Positions 1-13,000 of a stretch of DNA of 64,000 nt are shown here, one piece after another. This stretch comes from Cirrosporium novae-zelandiae. Lineage: Eukaryota. Location of the stretch: assembly GCA_026023565.1 (NCBI GenBank), contig JAPETS010000002.1, positions 1,302,001 through 1,366,000 on the forward strand. The letters run 5' to 3'. The position numbers and the translations under genes are program-made. Each line of letters begins with the position of its first letter. The first letter of the stretch is position 1. The notes beneath the pieces were generated by a model that saw nothing but the letters and a program-made list of their open reading frames with translations, was not told where the DNA came from and searched no databases.

Positions 1-865
1 CGCGGGCGCGCATTGAACTACCAAGATTTTAATAGCTATTTTTCATTGCATCTAGGAGGTCTTTGAGCGAAATTAAATTCGTAATCAATATTGTGGTATG
101 AGTTCGTGCAGATTGCTTAAAAATTCAACTCAAAGTACTTTAACTCTACACAAGATCAAGATCTCGCATAGACTTAATCTTGCCGAGGAATGCACAAACT
201 TTGGGAATGAGGTATATTTGGTCGCAGACGGATGCATTGAGCCCTGAGTATGATGCCTAGGCATGTTTTAGCTGTCGTTGAGATTGTCTGATAGAATTAA
301 GAAGAGCTATTATCAGAACCAATTGCAGGTTGCCCTTGCATTATGCGCCCAAGCGGTTAGGGTATCTTAAACGATTGGCGACTTCATGGACGATTTCAAT
401 AATCGCAATTCCCTGTCACGGGATATTAATACGGCTTGCAAATATAATAGAAGAGATTAATGGATTTGTGGGGAGCTATCGCGTACGAAGCTGAAACAGA
501 CGCTTTGAAGTTCGTGGTTAGAGAGCGAGCGCTTATCTCCCCTCAAGTTGTTCGAAGCTAAACAAGTCACAACGGATGAGGTGTTTGAGATTCGAGGTAC
601 AAGGAACATTACCAAGATTGGAGGAATACGGGCGCATCGCTGAATCGACGGATCGGTAGACTTGTGAGAGGTAGAAAATAATATTCATAGGACATAGGAG
701 AATTCCAAGTCTCCGTGTTAGAGTAGGACAGCGCAGCCATGCAGGGCAATAAGGAAGGCACCCATTAAGCTGGTAGTTAATTGCAAGCTTGAACGTGGAT
801 AAGTTGCAGGCATTCATTCTTTTTTTTTTCATTTCATTTTCCACTGTCCGTGTCTCGGAAGCGGT

Positions 866-2081
866 GTGGCTGGCTGCTTTGTTGGCGAGTGGAGCTTTGA
901 CTCAGTTACTGTGCCACAAGACAACGATTATCCCAGATTAAAGGTTGAATATTGAGAAAGAATTGCAAAAGCGGAAGAATACCACCATATCTTTGTAAGG
1001 GAAAATGATAGAGAGCATTATTCGGTCTGTTGGAATGATAGATGGCGTTGTTCCAGCCTGATGTTTGACTTGGTTACATGAAGAAACTCGGGAGGCATCC
1101 ATTCACTGTGGACCGATTCTCTCTTTCTATCTCTCTTTACTCTCTCGTTGATCACCGTTTCCAAATAGAGTCACTCTCCGACCAATAAATACCTGGGTGG
1201 CCACTGAACTATTGCTTGATAACCTTGGAGCTGATTAACTAATGAATTGCGAATATTTGGGCTGTAACTTAACTTATGAGCTTGCTAAGGTGAAGAGTGG
1301 ATTGATTTAATGAAGGTTGATAGCTGATTCTTCGTCATTTACATGGGTTCTTTGATTCTATTTGGTACTACCATAGTACCGTTATATAAGATAGGCTGGG
1401 TTGTGGCTGGGGATGGAGCACAAGTAACCAGGTAACCAAATAATTGATCAAAGTACGTACCTCAACAAAAACCAATGAAGCTGTCAAATCGTCATGTGGC
1501 TGAACTGTGGCTGGGGAAATCATTGGTAATGGCTGAGAACACCCCCGCCACTCCCCCCCACCCTTCTTCTATCAAAGTTTGGCTGCTCAATCTAAGGGTG
1601 TGTTCTAGACAGTTAATGCCATCATTCACATCAGTTCATGTCTGAAAAAGAAAAAAGATCGGAATGTTTTACTTTGGTAGAATCTCCAGAATCTTCCCTG
1701 CAGGTCTATCAGAAGCTTCTTCAAAAAATTTGTCAACCTTTTTTCTCCAAAAAAACACTTTAATCCTTAGGCCATGCACCTACTGGACCCTGTCGGTGAA
1801 GGAATAATTAATTACTTCCAACGGGTAGGCTATCACTTACTGAACTGGTAATTAATCGGATAATATAGCGGTCTAGAAAGGGAAAAAGGGAAAACAGGAA
1901 TGTTGAATAGTTTCTTTTAACCAGGGTTTACCCGAACACATTGGGTATCGTACTCAGTAGATATTCGTAGGACTGACGAACCGATGAGGCTGATGGCGAT
2001 CACCTTGACCGTTTGACTTTTTGATAATTGCTATCGAATCTTCGCATTCTGTTATCGTCCTCCAACACCAACACCAGCCAC
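866..2081. promoter_or_regulatory. Cluster of GTGGCTG/CAGCCAC motifs (Crz1/CrzA-like calcineurin response elements)
   Basis: GTGGCTG at 866-872, 1403-1409, 1496-1502 and 1507-1513; CAGCCAC at 2075-2081; GAGGCTG at 1986-1992. A further CACAGCCAC lies at 5007-5015. These resemble the Crz1 CDRE core; function is inferred. Confidence 0.3.
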
Positions 2082-5081
2082 AGCGTCGCCATGGAGTAAG
2101 AATTACTTGTGGATTACTTGTGGGTCATGATGCTCTGAAACATTCAATAAGCAATGGTGACCCATGATCAGTAGAATGATAGAAGGATAGAAGGAGCTTT
2201 TAACTTTGAATATCTTCTTTACATCTTCACACTCTGTACATAGTCTTCTTGTAAAGTACATTTACTCAGTACCGAGGATCTATTGAAGATCATATTTCCT
2301 ATTGTAGATAGGAGAACCACCAGTTATTTATCACCACCAACAACCACGAGATTTTCATCATCATCACCAGACCCTCCCATTTGATATATACCCACCTGCC
2401 CTCATGATCAGCTTTTAGACTGGACGTTTAAACCTTGAATCGCCATTCAACCACCACGACAGGGTGCCCGAATCCGGCTATTATTTAAATTTTGAACTCT
2501 TAACGAAAAAGTCACGGTTGAACATTTGGACCAGTCATCTGCATTTCCTGTGTCCTCTTGTCCTTCACTCCTCGCATCACCTCGGACCGCTGTATCTCTG
2601 GAACATCAAACGTGGGGCTGAAAAAAACGCCTCCCCGAACCACTGATCGGGACACACATCAACAATTCTGGGCAAGGGGAATTCTACCAGTGGATTAAGA
2701 TCAACTAAACATTTTTAAAATTGAACCCTTGCTGCAAACGGCCAAAGAGAGAGATCCGAATTAACAAGAAGTCGTCATCCATCAAGAATTAGATTTTACC
2801 AACACATCAGGTAACCGAAAAATCCGTAATTGCGGGAGTACAAAGGCCACCCGCCATCGAATCAAGAGATTTACGGAAGAATATCGGAGGAGGGATCTCG
2901 TGTACAGGGTGAAACAAGAGCTGAAAAAAGATTTGGAAAGGTTCGTGTAGTTGAGAGTTTGGGAGGGATAATTTTCCATCTGAAGGAATCTCAAGTTCTC
3001 AACGAATCTGGGGTGGAGAAACAGTTGTGTCCGCAACTTTGGACGAATTCTGTTACAAGGAGGCCGGGGTAGCAATTCTCAAACAACCAATCAGACATCC
3101 CACAAGGCTTTTCTGCAACCCAACTGCTCGCCAAGGAAAAAAAGCCTATCAGCACCAAACAAGTACCCCGCGCGGCAGATCAGACAGTAGCCTACTGTGG
3201 TAGGGGGAAGGGCAAGAAGACAGAAAGAAAGAAAGGAGACCTGAGGCAGACAGGGGAAAGAGACTGGTGTGTGGCCATCTGGGTGGACATTATTCAAGTT
3301 ATTGGACAGCAGACGCTGGAAAGCAATTGAGGCTGGGTACTGTTTGATACCCTACAGAGAGGACCCTTTCTTCCCATACGATTCCATCTCTGCGGCGCAA
3401 GGGGAAACAAGGTCAACAACAGCCAATATCTTGTCGTCGTCTGACAAGTCAACCCGTTCATCTGCAATACTTAACTGACTTGAACGGCTCAGCTGTCAAG
3501 GCCCTACTCGAACCATTACACCCCACTACTCAATAACTTCCTTTTCCCCTTTCTACTATATCCTTTGTCCGCCTGGAGTCCAAGTGACACGCGCATTGGA
3601 ATTTACTGCATTTTAGGGTTTGAAGCTCACGAGATCGAACCATCTGCGCCTATCAGTCAACCATCCATTCCCTACCATTTCTCCTTTGCCTTGCATTGCC
3701 TTGCCTATTGCAAAATAATAAATTAATTCAGACTTTTCCCACTCATCGGGGTTTTTGTCTTCTGGTTTTTTTCTTTTTCTTTCCCTTTTCGATTTTCCAA
3801 GGCTTTTCGACAACAGCCATATTACCTCATCATCATCATCATCATCATATCGCTCACCTTAATTAATCAAGTCGAACATCGATCCGAAAAGAAGACAAGA
3901 CGAGACAAGGACGAGACGAGGACGAGACAAGAGATAAGAGGTCAAGATACAAGATACAAAGATTCAAAGAGAATCCTCAAACCTCTTCAGTCTCAAAGTT
4001 AATTCGATATTTCGTCTCCCTGCATTGTTGCATTGTCTTGAGACAGTTAGGCATTACTTTGAAAGGTGGGACACCCGGGAGTAAGCGACGCCTATTATGG
4101 CCCTTGACTTGGCTTTTCTTTCTTTCTTTGCCTTGAAAAGCAGCCTAGCTAACCCAACCAACCCCCCCTGCAGATAGGCTCCAATAGGCCCCAGTAGCTC
4201 CAAGTAGCTTCAAGTGGCTCTAGTGGCTCCCTCGATAGACCCAGGCTTCTACCGCTCCCAAGCCCCCACACACACGCCTACACGCCTAGCCTACTTTACC
4301 TTCCCTGGCACTCCGGGCCTTACCTTGGGCCTTTACCCAGATAGCCTAGCCAGCCTTTTCCCGAAAACCCCCTGTGTCTTGCGTTAGGCCTTACGAGACC
4401 TGCCGAGACTTTAACGGAGTTTGCTTGCATTGATTGCGCTCCGACCGCCAGAACGCCCAAGCCAGTTGTTGCCAAAAAACCCAAACGATCCACTTGCCTC
4501 CACCACGTCGATCCTAATCGACTACTTCATACATAAAACTAAGAAGCCTGGTCGTGTCCCAAGGCTAAATATCCAATCGACCCTCCCTGGCTTGGACTAC
4601 TTTTTGACAGTTATTCATCGACAATCAAGACAGCACAGAACAAGGACCCTTTTTCGACACCTTGAACCTTTCTGCCTTGCTCTACCACGTTCATTCATCT
4701 TCTGTTGTCTCAGCTCGAAACATCTTTCCGCAGGTCGGAAAGCTGCAGAACCCACACCTAATCGACCACGCTTTGAGAGGACCTGTCGCTTGCTTGTTCG
4801 ATAATTCTTCCCGACCACTCCAGTCTGGACCCAATAGATTTTACTTGCTTGCTTGCTTATCTGCTAAAAAGGCCTTGTTGGTCCTCAACCTCACTGTCGA
4901 TACTTTTTGTGTCAAATTTCCACCTCATCTCCATCCCCGAAAGCTACGCCGCATTTTACGACACGACCATCAATTAAGGTTATTGGAAGGCTGGTTACGC
5001 AGTCAACACAGCCACAGCGGATATCACGAAACATAAATTCTACCTCACTTCTCGGAGATTTCTTACCTCGTTACCGTCATC

Positions 5082-6611
5082 ATGGACTCTACTCCAAGCT
5101 TAGCTGTCCATAGGTCTGCTCTTGAAAGATTTGTCATGATGCCAGTCAACAGACAAATGGTTTCACATCTTGCAAAACAGGCCGCTGCAGTTATTCGATG
5201 TGATATTCCAGAACAACCCCCATCAGTTGGTCAGACAGAACCTTTGACACCACCAAGAACACCACCCACCGAAGATGCTGGCCCCAAATCGGCTCCTCAA
5301 GCTCCATTGCCATCTCTTGAGACCTTTATTACCTCTCTCGTCAAAAAGTCTCATGTACAGGTACCAACGCTTATGACCTCTCTTGTCTATCTTGCAAGAT
5401 TAAAGTCACGTCTTCCATCAGTTGCCAAGGGAATGCGATGCACAGTACATCGCATCTTCCTGGCCTCACTGATTCTCGCGGCCAAGTATCTTAATGACTC
5501 TAGTCCAAAGAACAAGCATTGGGCCCGCTACACCGCCATCAAAGGTTATGAAGGCTTCGGCTTTTCCGTTACCGAAGTCAACCTTATGGAGAAGCAACTT
5601 CTCTTCCTTCTAGATTGGGACCTCCGAGTTACCGAAGATGATCTCTTCCGCCACTTTGATCTATTCCTCCAGCCCATTTACATTCGCCTCCAATTGATCG
5701 AAGAGAAGGAGGAAGAGGAAAGACTTACACAACTTTGGGCTCGCGAGATGCATGCTGAGCAGCAGAGGGAAACAGACGAGTGCTCCGAATACCACCTCAG
5801 CAACTATTCGCGTCCAACCACTCCACTATCATTATCGTCATCCAGGGGACCTAGCTCACGCATGGGTGCCTACCCTTCTCCAGCCTATAGTGCAGCATCA
5901 TCAATTGATTACACAAACTCGTCACCTTCCTCCCTTATTCAACATTCGCAATCCCGACATCAGCGCCGCCCATCTCCTCTCTCATTTCCACATGGACACC
6001 ACACAACCTCGAGCTCTCCTGTTCCATCACCGACTTCGGTCCCCGCACTTTCTCGAAGTGCCACTATGGGTACCCTTCATCGCCTACCTCGTTCAAAGTC
6101 TGGTTCCTCAGAATCAACAATGGACTCACTCTCGCGTTCTTCGTCCCTTCTCGCCCCAAGCTCCTCGAGACCTAGTACACCTTCCTCACAGACATCGATC
6201 TCCACCACATCCACCACATCTTCCCGTCTCACAGATTCTTACGCTCCTGCTATCATGGTGCCTGAAGTTTGCGTGGAACAATGTTACGCCTCTCGTACAT
6301 CTTTCGCGATGCCCGAGGACTCGTTTATCAGCACCGTATCACAATTACAACGCGAGCAGGGTAAATATCCATTAGAAAACTCTGTATATGGCTATCGAGG
6401 TGGTCTGAAACCGAGTTTAAAGATGGCTATGGGTCAGAGCTTAGGAGCTGCAACGATGAGTTCCAGAGATGACGGCATGCACGGGAAGCCAGCAAAAAAG
6501 GCAAAAATGAGTGCTGGTGGTGCCGGAGGATTTCTAGCTCGATGGTGGGGAAATACAATAAGCGGGGTTGGATACGAAAAGATAAGAGGAGGAGGTGTAA
6601 CAATGGTCTAG
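5082..6611 (+). CDS. PCL1: Pho85-type G1/S cyclin (Pcl1/Pcl2 family), 509 aa, single exon
   Basis: Cyclin box '[33 protein letters not shown]...[30 protein letters not shown]...[17 protein letters not shown]', followed by a long Ser/Thr/Pro-rich tail. Confidence 0.9.
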   Translation: MDSTPSLAVHRSALERFVMMPVNRQMVSHLAKQAAAVIRCDIPEQPPSVGQTEPLTPPRTPPTEDAGPKSAPQAPLPSLETFITSLVKKSHVQVPTLMTSLVYLARLKSRLPSVAKGMRCTVHRIFLASLILAAKYLNDSSPKNKHWARYTAIKGYEGFGFSVTEVNLMEKQLLFLLDWDLRVTEDDLFRHFDLFLQPIYIRLQLIEEKEEEERLTQLWAREMHAEQQRETDECSEYHLSNYSRPTTPLSLSSSRGPSSRMGAYPSPAYSAASSIDYTNSSPSSLIQHSQSRHQRRPSPLSFPHGHHTTSSSPVPSPTSVPALSRSATMGTLHRLPRSKSGSSESTMDSLSRSSSLLAPSSSRPSTPSSQTSISTTSTTSSRLTDSYAPAIMVPEVCVEQCYASRTSFAMPEDSFISTVSQLQREQGKYPLENSVYGYRGGLKPSLKMAMGQSLGAATMSSRDDGMHGKPAKKAKMSAGGAGGFLARWWGNTISGVGYEKIRGGGVTMV

Positions 6612-8719
6612 GAAACAAATACGGTTATGGGCCCGATTAAATCGAATTCACCTTTTCCCTCTGGGCTGGTTCCGGAAAACTATTCATGTTTTTTTTTATC
6701 AAAGTCCTCCATAAAAGCGGAGGCGATTTATGCATTAGCCGTGGCGTTGGAAATTGTTTTTTTTCCTAGGGTTTGCTTTTATTGTTTGTTAATTCCCCAC
6801 ATGGTTACCAATGTGTGTTGAACGATGATGGATGGCATGGTATGATGGCATAAATGGAATGGATGGATTCCCGGAATGGACAGCATGTTAGAAGGTGATG
6901 GGATGGGATGCATTGTTTGATATCGATATCGATATGGCGGTATGAATGGACGGAAGAATGAATGAAATCATTGGCATTGAAATACTGATATCGAGCAAAT
7001 GCAAATGGCATGAAAGACTGCTTTGCTAACTACACAAATAGAAGTGAGTGCTGCAGAGCAGAAGCTGAAAGAAATGAATATGAAATGAAATATTTATATT
7101 TATGTTATGTGTATTCGTATCTATTCTGTATCAACTATCAAATACTTTTCAATTTTTATCATACTCTGTAGTCTGTAGTATATAATTGTTTTTTAGCGTC
7201 CAACACCAATTTCATTTTATATAACTAGCTGGCTGGATGGCACACATACACCACACCCTCTTCTTGGCTCATAACTCAGGGGGAGAACCTCGGCTCTCCT
7301 GCCTGACCCTGTCTTGCTCGTGCGAACGAATGGCTGGTTGCCCATGTAAGTGGCTGACTGGGCTGGCTGAAAATACGAAACTTTAACTCCGATGGCATCA
7401 ACACTTTTTTTTTTAATTATGGTTATGGGTAAGTTAGGGGATCTAGACTTTGGGGGTTTTCAAGGCGGAGTGGGAGGGAACTTATTTTTTAGGGGGGGGC
7501 TGTGGTTACTTGGGGATGGGATGTAAGAGGGGGTGTAAGAGGGTGGATGGGTGGGTGAGAGATATATATTATATTATACCATACGATATAATATGGTATG
7601 ATAATGGCAACACCTATTTTATTTAGTCCGTTATAAGAGAGGGGGCGTTTGTCTTAACAGTCAGATGTCAACACATTCAATAATTATCTACTGCGTAGTC
7701 AGACATCATTCAATAGTTAGTTGATCAGCACTTGACACCCCTACATAATTACATACCTAGTGTCAATAAGTCAAACATCCCAACTCTTACCTCATAGCAT
7801 TCCGAACTCGGAAGGAAAACTTCACTTTTTTCCAGTAACTAATTAATGTGTATCGGAGTCTCCTAAATAGACGACGCTTGGTATTTTATTTTCCTGCTAT
7901 TATGCATTGTGTATGTAATATGTCCCTGAACCCGAAACCGGACCTGAGCTCGGGATTAATTAGGCAATAAAATAAACACCATACCGAATATAGTTAGATG
8001 ATACATCTTATCGATAAAGCTCAACCTTCAACAAGAAACACCAAATCCAATCTCTAATCTATAACTAACAACAACAGCAACAACAACAATAACCACATTT
8101 CCTCCCCGTTCTAGGAATCCCCTCCTGCCCCATATCGAATCATTCGGATAAGACTTAAACAATACACTACCTACCAACGTACCTTGCTCCAATATTATTG
8201 CTTCAACACCAAGGACTATCTTATAGCCAGCTAGCCCCAAGCAAAAAAGCTATCACGCATCATAAAACCAGTCATTTCCAAAAAGACGGATAGACGGACT
8301 TGTATACAAGTAATACAGAAGGAGAGGGAAGATATACTATAAGAATCTTTTCTAGAAGAGTCAAGAGCTTAGGGGAACAAACCAATTGGGATCTTTCTTG
8401 AAGAAGTATGGATACGTAGTGAAGAAGTTACGGTACAAGACGAAAAATTTGCAAGAAGAAAGAAAGAAAAAGGATGCTAAAGCTACTGTATATTGAGACC
8501 CTGTCTGCAAGAAGAATACAATACAGTACCGACGGGAATAATTAAGGGTTTTTTAAGGATACAGGAAAAGATAGCTAGCTAGCTAGTTCCTTCATTCCAT
8601 CCAATCCACCTACCCATCCATTTCAAACTCGAGATACCTACTGCCTCTCACCAAACAACACCACCATCCATCCATAATACAACAACCCACCACCCTCATC
8701 AAACCCAAACTCCAACAAA

Positions 8720-9271
8720 ATGTCAACCCCCCACCACCACCAACACCAACACACCAACTCCTCTCGCCCCTCCCGCCCCTCTTCAACCCTCCTCCCCAAA
8801 CCCCCCATAAAAGCCGACCCCACCGCCTCCCTCTCAACCCAAACCACCCTCAGCGGCACCCACCCAATAACCCTCTACGCCAGCAGCAGCATCTCCCCCC
8901 GCACACGCCTCACAACCCTATACGCTCCCATAACCATCGGCTCCCGCTCCACCATTTTCGAGCACTCCTCCATCGGCGCCCTGAGTCTCGGAAAAGTGGA
9001 CGGGAAAGGCGATGACGCGCTGGCAGAGGGCGTTGTCATTGCGGAGGATGTGGAGGTTAGAACCGCGGCGGTGGTGGAGGCGAGGAGTTTGGGCAAGGGG
9101 TGTTTGGTTTGTGAGGGGGCGAGGTTGGGGAAGGGGGTTAGGATTTCGGAGGATGCGGTTGTGGGACCGGCGGTGAGGTTGAAGGCGGGGGAGGATTTGG
9201 AGAAGGGAGAGGTTGTTTGTTGGATTGGCGGGAGGAGGGTTAGGAGGTGGAAGGGGGGGTTCGGTGAGTGA
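8720..9271 (+). CDS. Left-handed beta-helix (hexapeptide repeat) protein, dynactin p27/subunit 6-like, 183 aa
   Basis: 'KPPIKADPTASLSTQTTLSGTHPITLYASSSISPRTRL...PITIGSRSTIFEHSSIG...GVVIAEDVEV...AVVEARSLGKGCLV' has the LbH periodicity of fungal dynactin p27 homologues. The C-terminus may be incomplete (GTGAGT donor-like site at 9264). Confidence 0.7.
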   Translation: MSTPHHHQHQHTNSSRPSRPSSTLLPKPPIKADPTASLSTQTTLSGTHPITLYASSSISPRTRLTTLYAPITIGSRSTIFEHSSIGALSLGKVDGKGDDALAEGVVIAEDVEVRTAAVVEARSLGKGCLVCEGARLGKGVRISEDAVVGPAVRLKAGEDLEKGEVVCWIGGRRVRRWKGGFGE

Positions 9272-10014
9272 GTGGGTGGGTGAGTGGGTGAATAAAGTGC
9301 TAGGTGGTTACGATGGATGGGATAGGGAGTTATCTATGGGGTTTATGCGAGATAGATAGCCCCTACTTTGCATGCCATTCTATACTACCCACCACCCACA
9401 ACACCGCCCATTACACTTAAATACCCTATATCTATACCCACAAACAACGTCTACATACTTACCCATCATCCAACCTCCCTCCTCAATTCCCTACTCTACA
9501 ATACCATACCATACCATACCATACCATACCACCAACGAATACAAAATCCCCAATACAAAATCCACAATCCTTATTCGCAAAAAAACGCAATAAAATAGCA
9601 TTTTTTGTCAAATTCATGCTAGTTCTGGTTCTGGTTCTGGTTCTGGTCTCTGGTCTCTGGTCTCTGGTTCTATTCAACAACAAGTAAAAAAGCACATCTC
9701 TCTCTCTCAAAGAACGAAACCTTCTTTGCAATGCCAAGCAAAACTTTCCATGCCATGTCCATGTCCATGCCTGAGACAGACGTAAAATGAAACTACTGTA
9801 CAAGAGATATTCGCCCCCCGCTTCGCCTTCCTTTTCGATAGGAAAAGAAAAAAAAAACAATCGAGTAATTAAGAAACAATAAAAAAGAAAGAAAAAAAAG
9901 AAAGTTTTTTTTATACGTTCGGTGTACACTCTTCGTTTGCTATTGTTCCTTTCCCTAATCCATGACAAGTTAAAGTCATTTCCATCTTCATTTTGACCAC
10001 ATATGGTCTCATTA

Positions 10015-13000
10015 TCAGTTTCCATTGGAAGCTGCTCTCATCCTCTTCTCCTGATTGCCTAATTGTCCTATATCACCCTCATCCCTTCCACGCTTAGCAC
10101 CAGGAATAAATTGCTTAGCGCTCGCATTCAAGGGACCTCCCCGAGCACTCTGTGGGCTCTGTTGATGAATCTGTCCTCCCTGCTGCATCACTCCTGTTTG
10201 TATATGTTGAGCGCCTCCTCGGCCGTTGGGGCCGCCCCTCCCTCCTCTGCCACGTGGGAGGCCAGAGCCTCGCTGCTGTTGGTTCTGGTTCTGGTTATGC
10301 GGGGCAGATGGGATTTGTGATTGTTGTCCAAACTGTCCCCCACGCCCACCTCGGGCACCACCCCGGACTTGAGGTAGCCCCGAGTTCTGGAGAAGACCTC
10401 GAAGGGCACCTGGTCCAGTTCCCGCATTTGAATGATGGTTTATGGTTTGCTGGACTGGGCTTGGCTTACTTGGTAATGGTTGGAAGGGATTAGGTTGCGT
10501 AGTGGGTTGTGTGCTAGAATGTGATTGAACGACAGGTTGTTGAATCGCTGATGAGGTTTGATGAATTGGCGTGGCCGGTAGCGTGGAAACTGGAGCAGGT
10601 GCGCTGATAGAAACAACGCGAGCCCCAGATCCAACGGGACTTGAGGTTGACGCCGGTGTTAGCTGGCCGGGCATTCCTTGAGAAGGAGCTTGTTGTTTTG
10701 GCTGTTGCTGGCTCGTCGAGTTAGGCTGGGCAGGGCTGGCTGCTTGTTGAGGTATATGAGGAATACTAGTTTGCGGCTTCGGCTGCGGTATAACAGGAGG
10801 AGCTTTGGCGTCTTTAGCGACACTCCAGACCTCTCCAACGGGCTTCTCTGGAGTTTCTTGGGCAGCCTTTTGGATAACTTCAAGTTTCGCGTTGGCATTC
10901 CTAGATCTTGTTTCAGTCATGCTGAGTTTAACAGCTGTTCTCTTCTCGGATAGCTGAACGGCTTGAGCTTTATCACTATTGGCTTTTCTCTCTGCTTCGA
11001 CCAGTCTTTCAGTCATTATTTTCTCTTGCTCCTCCTTCACTTGGGATATGAGATTATCTTTCCGGAGGTTGAAGTGCTTCTGTACATTGCGTGAAAATAT
11101 CTCTTTAGCCGATGGGTTGGCTTCTAGGAGACGCTGAATATCCTCTCGGGATAGGGTAGAGACGTCTGGTTTGGTTGAGGCAGGGGCCTGGGTCTCTCCT
11201 TTCACCGGCGTAACATTTGTACCATTACTTGGCTGCGTTTCGGCCGCGTGGATTCGCTTGAACTGCTCGAAACGTACTTCTTCGTTTCGTCGCAGTTCAT
11301 CCATCTCTTCCTTATGGCGGGTTTTGAGATCCTCCATCTCCTTCTGATATTGGCTCTCAAGTTGTTTCATTGCTTGCTGATGCTCAGTGGCGAGCTGTTG
11401 GCGAATTGAGGCTTTACCATCAGTAAGCTTCTGCGACAACTGTGTCCTCATTCTATCAGCACGTCCGTCGAATCGCTCCTCCGCTTGTTTTACGCGTTCA
11501 TCATGGCGTTTCTCAAGTTCGGCTCGGATAGCATCAACTTGCTCAGTAATCTGGTCTGCCATAGACTTTTGACCATCCTCAGGGGCCCCAGCAACGGCGG
11601 CATTTATAGAAGCGGTTGTTCTTAGGCTTTCGACTTCTTGTCGAGCTTCTGCTAGTTCTTTCCGTACTCTGTCAAGTTCTTCATGAGATTCTGCGTTTTG
11701 CGACTGATTAACGGCTGCTTGTTGTTTTTCAGCAGACAGTTGGGAGATACGACCGTTGAGATTGTGGATGTTTTGTTGTAGGACATTCTAATGGAAAGGT
11801 TAGTCACCATAGGAAAAAATAAGATACAAAACAACTCAAGAGGACTCACCAATTGGCCTTCTAGTTCTGTGATTCGTCCATTTCGAATGGTCAATTCATT
11901 TGTTAGGCTTTCAGTCTTTACCGCTTCATCATTCGCTCGCTGTTCCGCATCGGCAAGTTTCTTTTCCAAAGTCTCTAGCTCTGCGGCCGGGACGGTATTT
12001 TGGGATGTCTCTTCTATTTGTCCTTCTTCTGTGCCAGGAGTAGGATTGGTGGTCTCTTGAGTGGACTGTGCATTAGCGATCGCTGCATCCCGCTCGGCTA
12101 TAGCAGTATCAAGTTGTTGCTTGATCTCATTTAATTGGGATGCAATGGTATCTCGTTCTTGGACGACTTGTTGCAATTCGGCCTCCTTAGCTTTAATCCT
12201 TTCTGTTTGCGATCTTGAACGAGCTTTAAACTGGTCCGTTAACCTGCTTCTCAGTTCCGCTCTAGCAGTTTCCTCGGCCTGTTTAATACGCTCTTCGACT
12301 TCATTAGCCTGCGCTTGTAACGCTTCCTTCTCTGAAAGGAGCTGGTCTCGTTCGGCCTCTAATGTAGTTATCTTTTCTTTCAGAGCCTCCATTTCGGCCG
12401 GGTCGATGCGGTCGTATTTCTGCAAAATAGTCTGGATTCTTTGCTGATAGCGGTCCCGGTCCTCCTTGACAAGTTTAATTTCTTCCTGTTTTGCCTCCTT
12501 GTCGCTCTCAAGTTCTCGAATATATGCTTCCTTGGGATCAATCTGGGCGCGTAATTCATCATACTCTTTAGACTTCTCTGCAAGAGCAGTCTGGGCTTGA
12601 CGAGCTTCGTTTCGCAAGGTAACACTGCTTTCTCGGAAAAGATTCAATTCGTTGATCGTTTCCATAAGTTTATTGTGATTCAGAGCACTTCGTTCCGCAT
12701 CTAGCTCCGAGCGTCGTTGTTGATCAAGTTTTACTCGAGCCTCGTCTAGTTGAGATTGAGTATATTCTAATTTTTGACGAACACGGGTACCTTCCTGGGT
12801 TGCAAGCTCCAACTGCACATCTACTATTTCCTTTTCTCTCCGAAGGTATTTTATGACCTCCTGAAGGTTGTCAAGACCTTGCACTGGTGACCCGGCCGAT
12901 TCCTGATCCTCAGAAGGTAGAATGCGACTTTGCCGTAATTCATCGAGCTGCTTCTGGCTAGACTCTTCGATTTGTTGATATAATCTCTTATTTTGTTCCT

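Noticed and set aside
7266..7310. GGCTCATAACTCAGG resembles a tRNA-Met anticodon arm
   Set aside because: No D-arm, T-arm (GTTCRA) or acceptor stem around it.
9483..10025. 180-aa minus-strand ORF and the many other short or antisense ORFs in the track (for example 34109-34816, 27498-28127, 56166-56609)
   Set aside because: These are low-complexity UTR/SSR translations or shadows of real genes on the other strand or frame, with no domain motifs.
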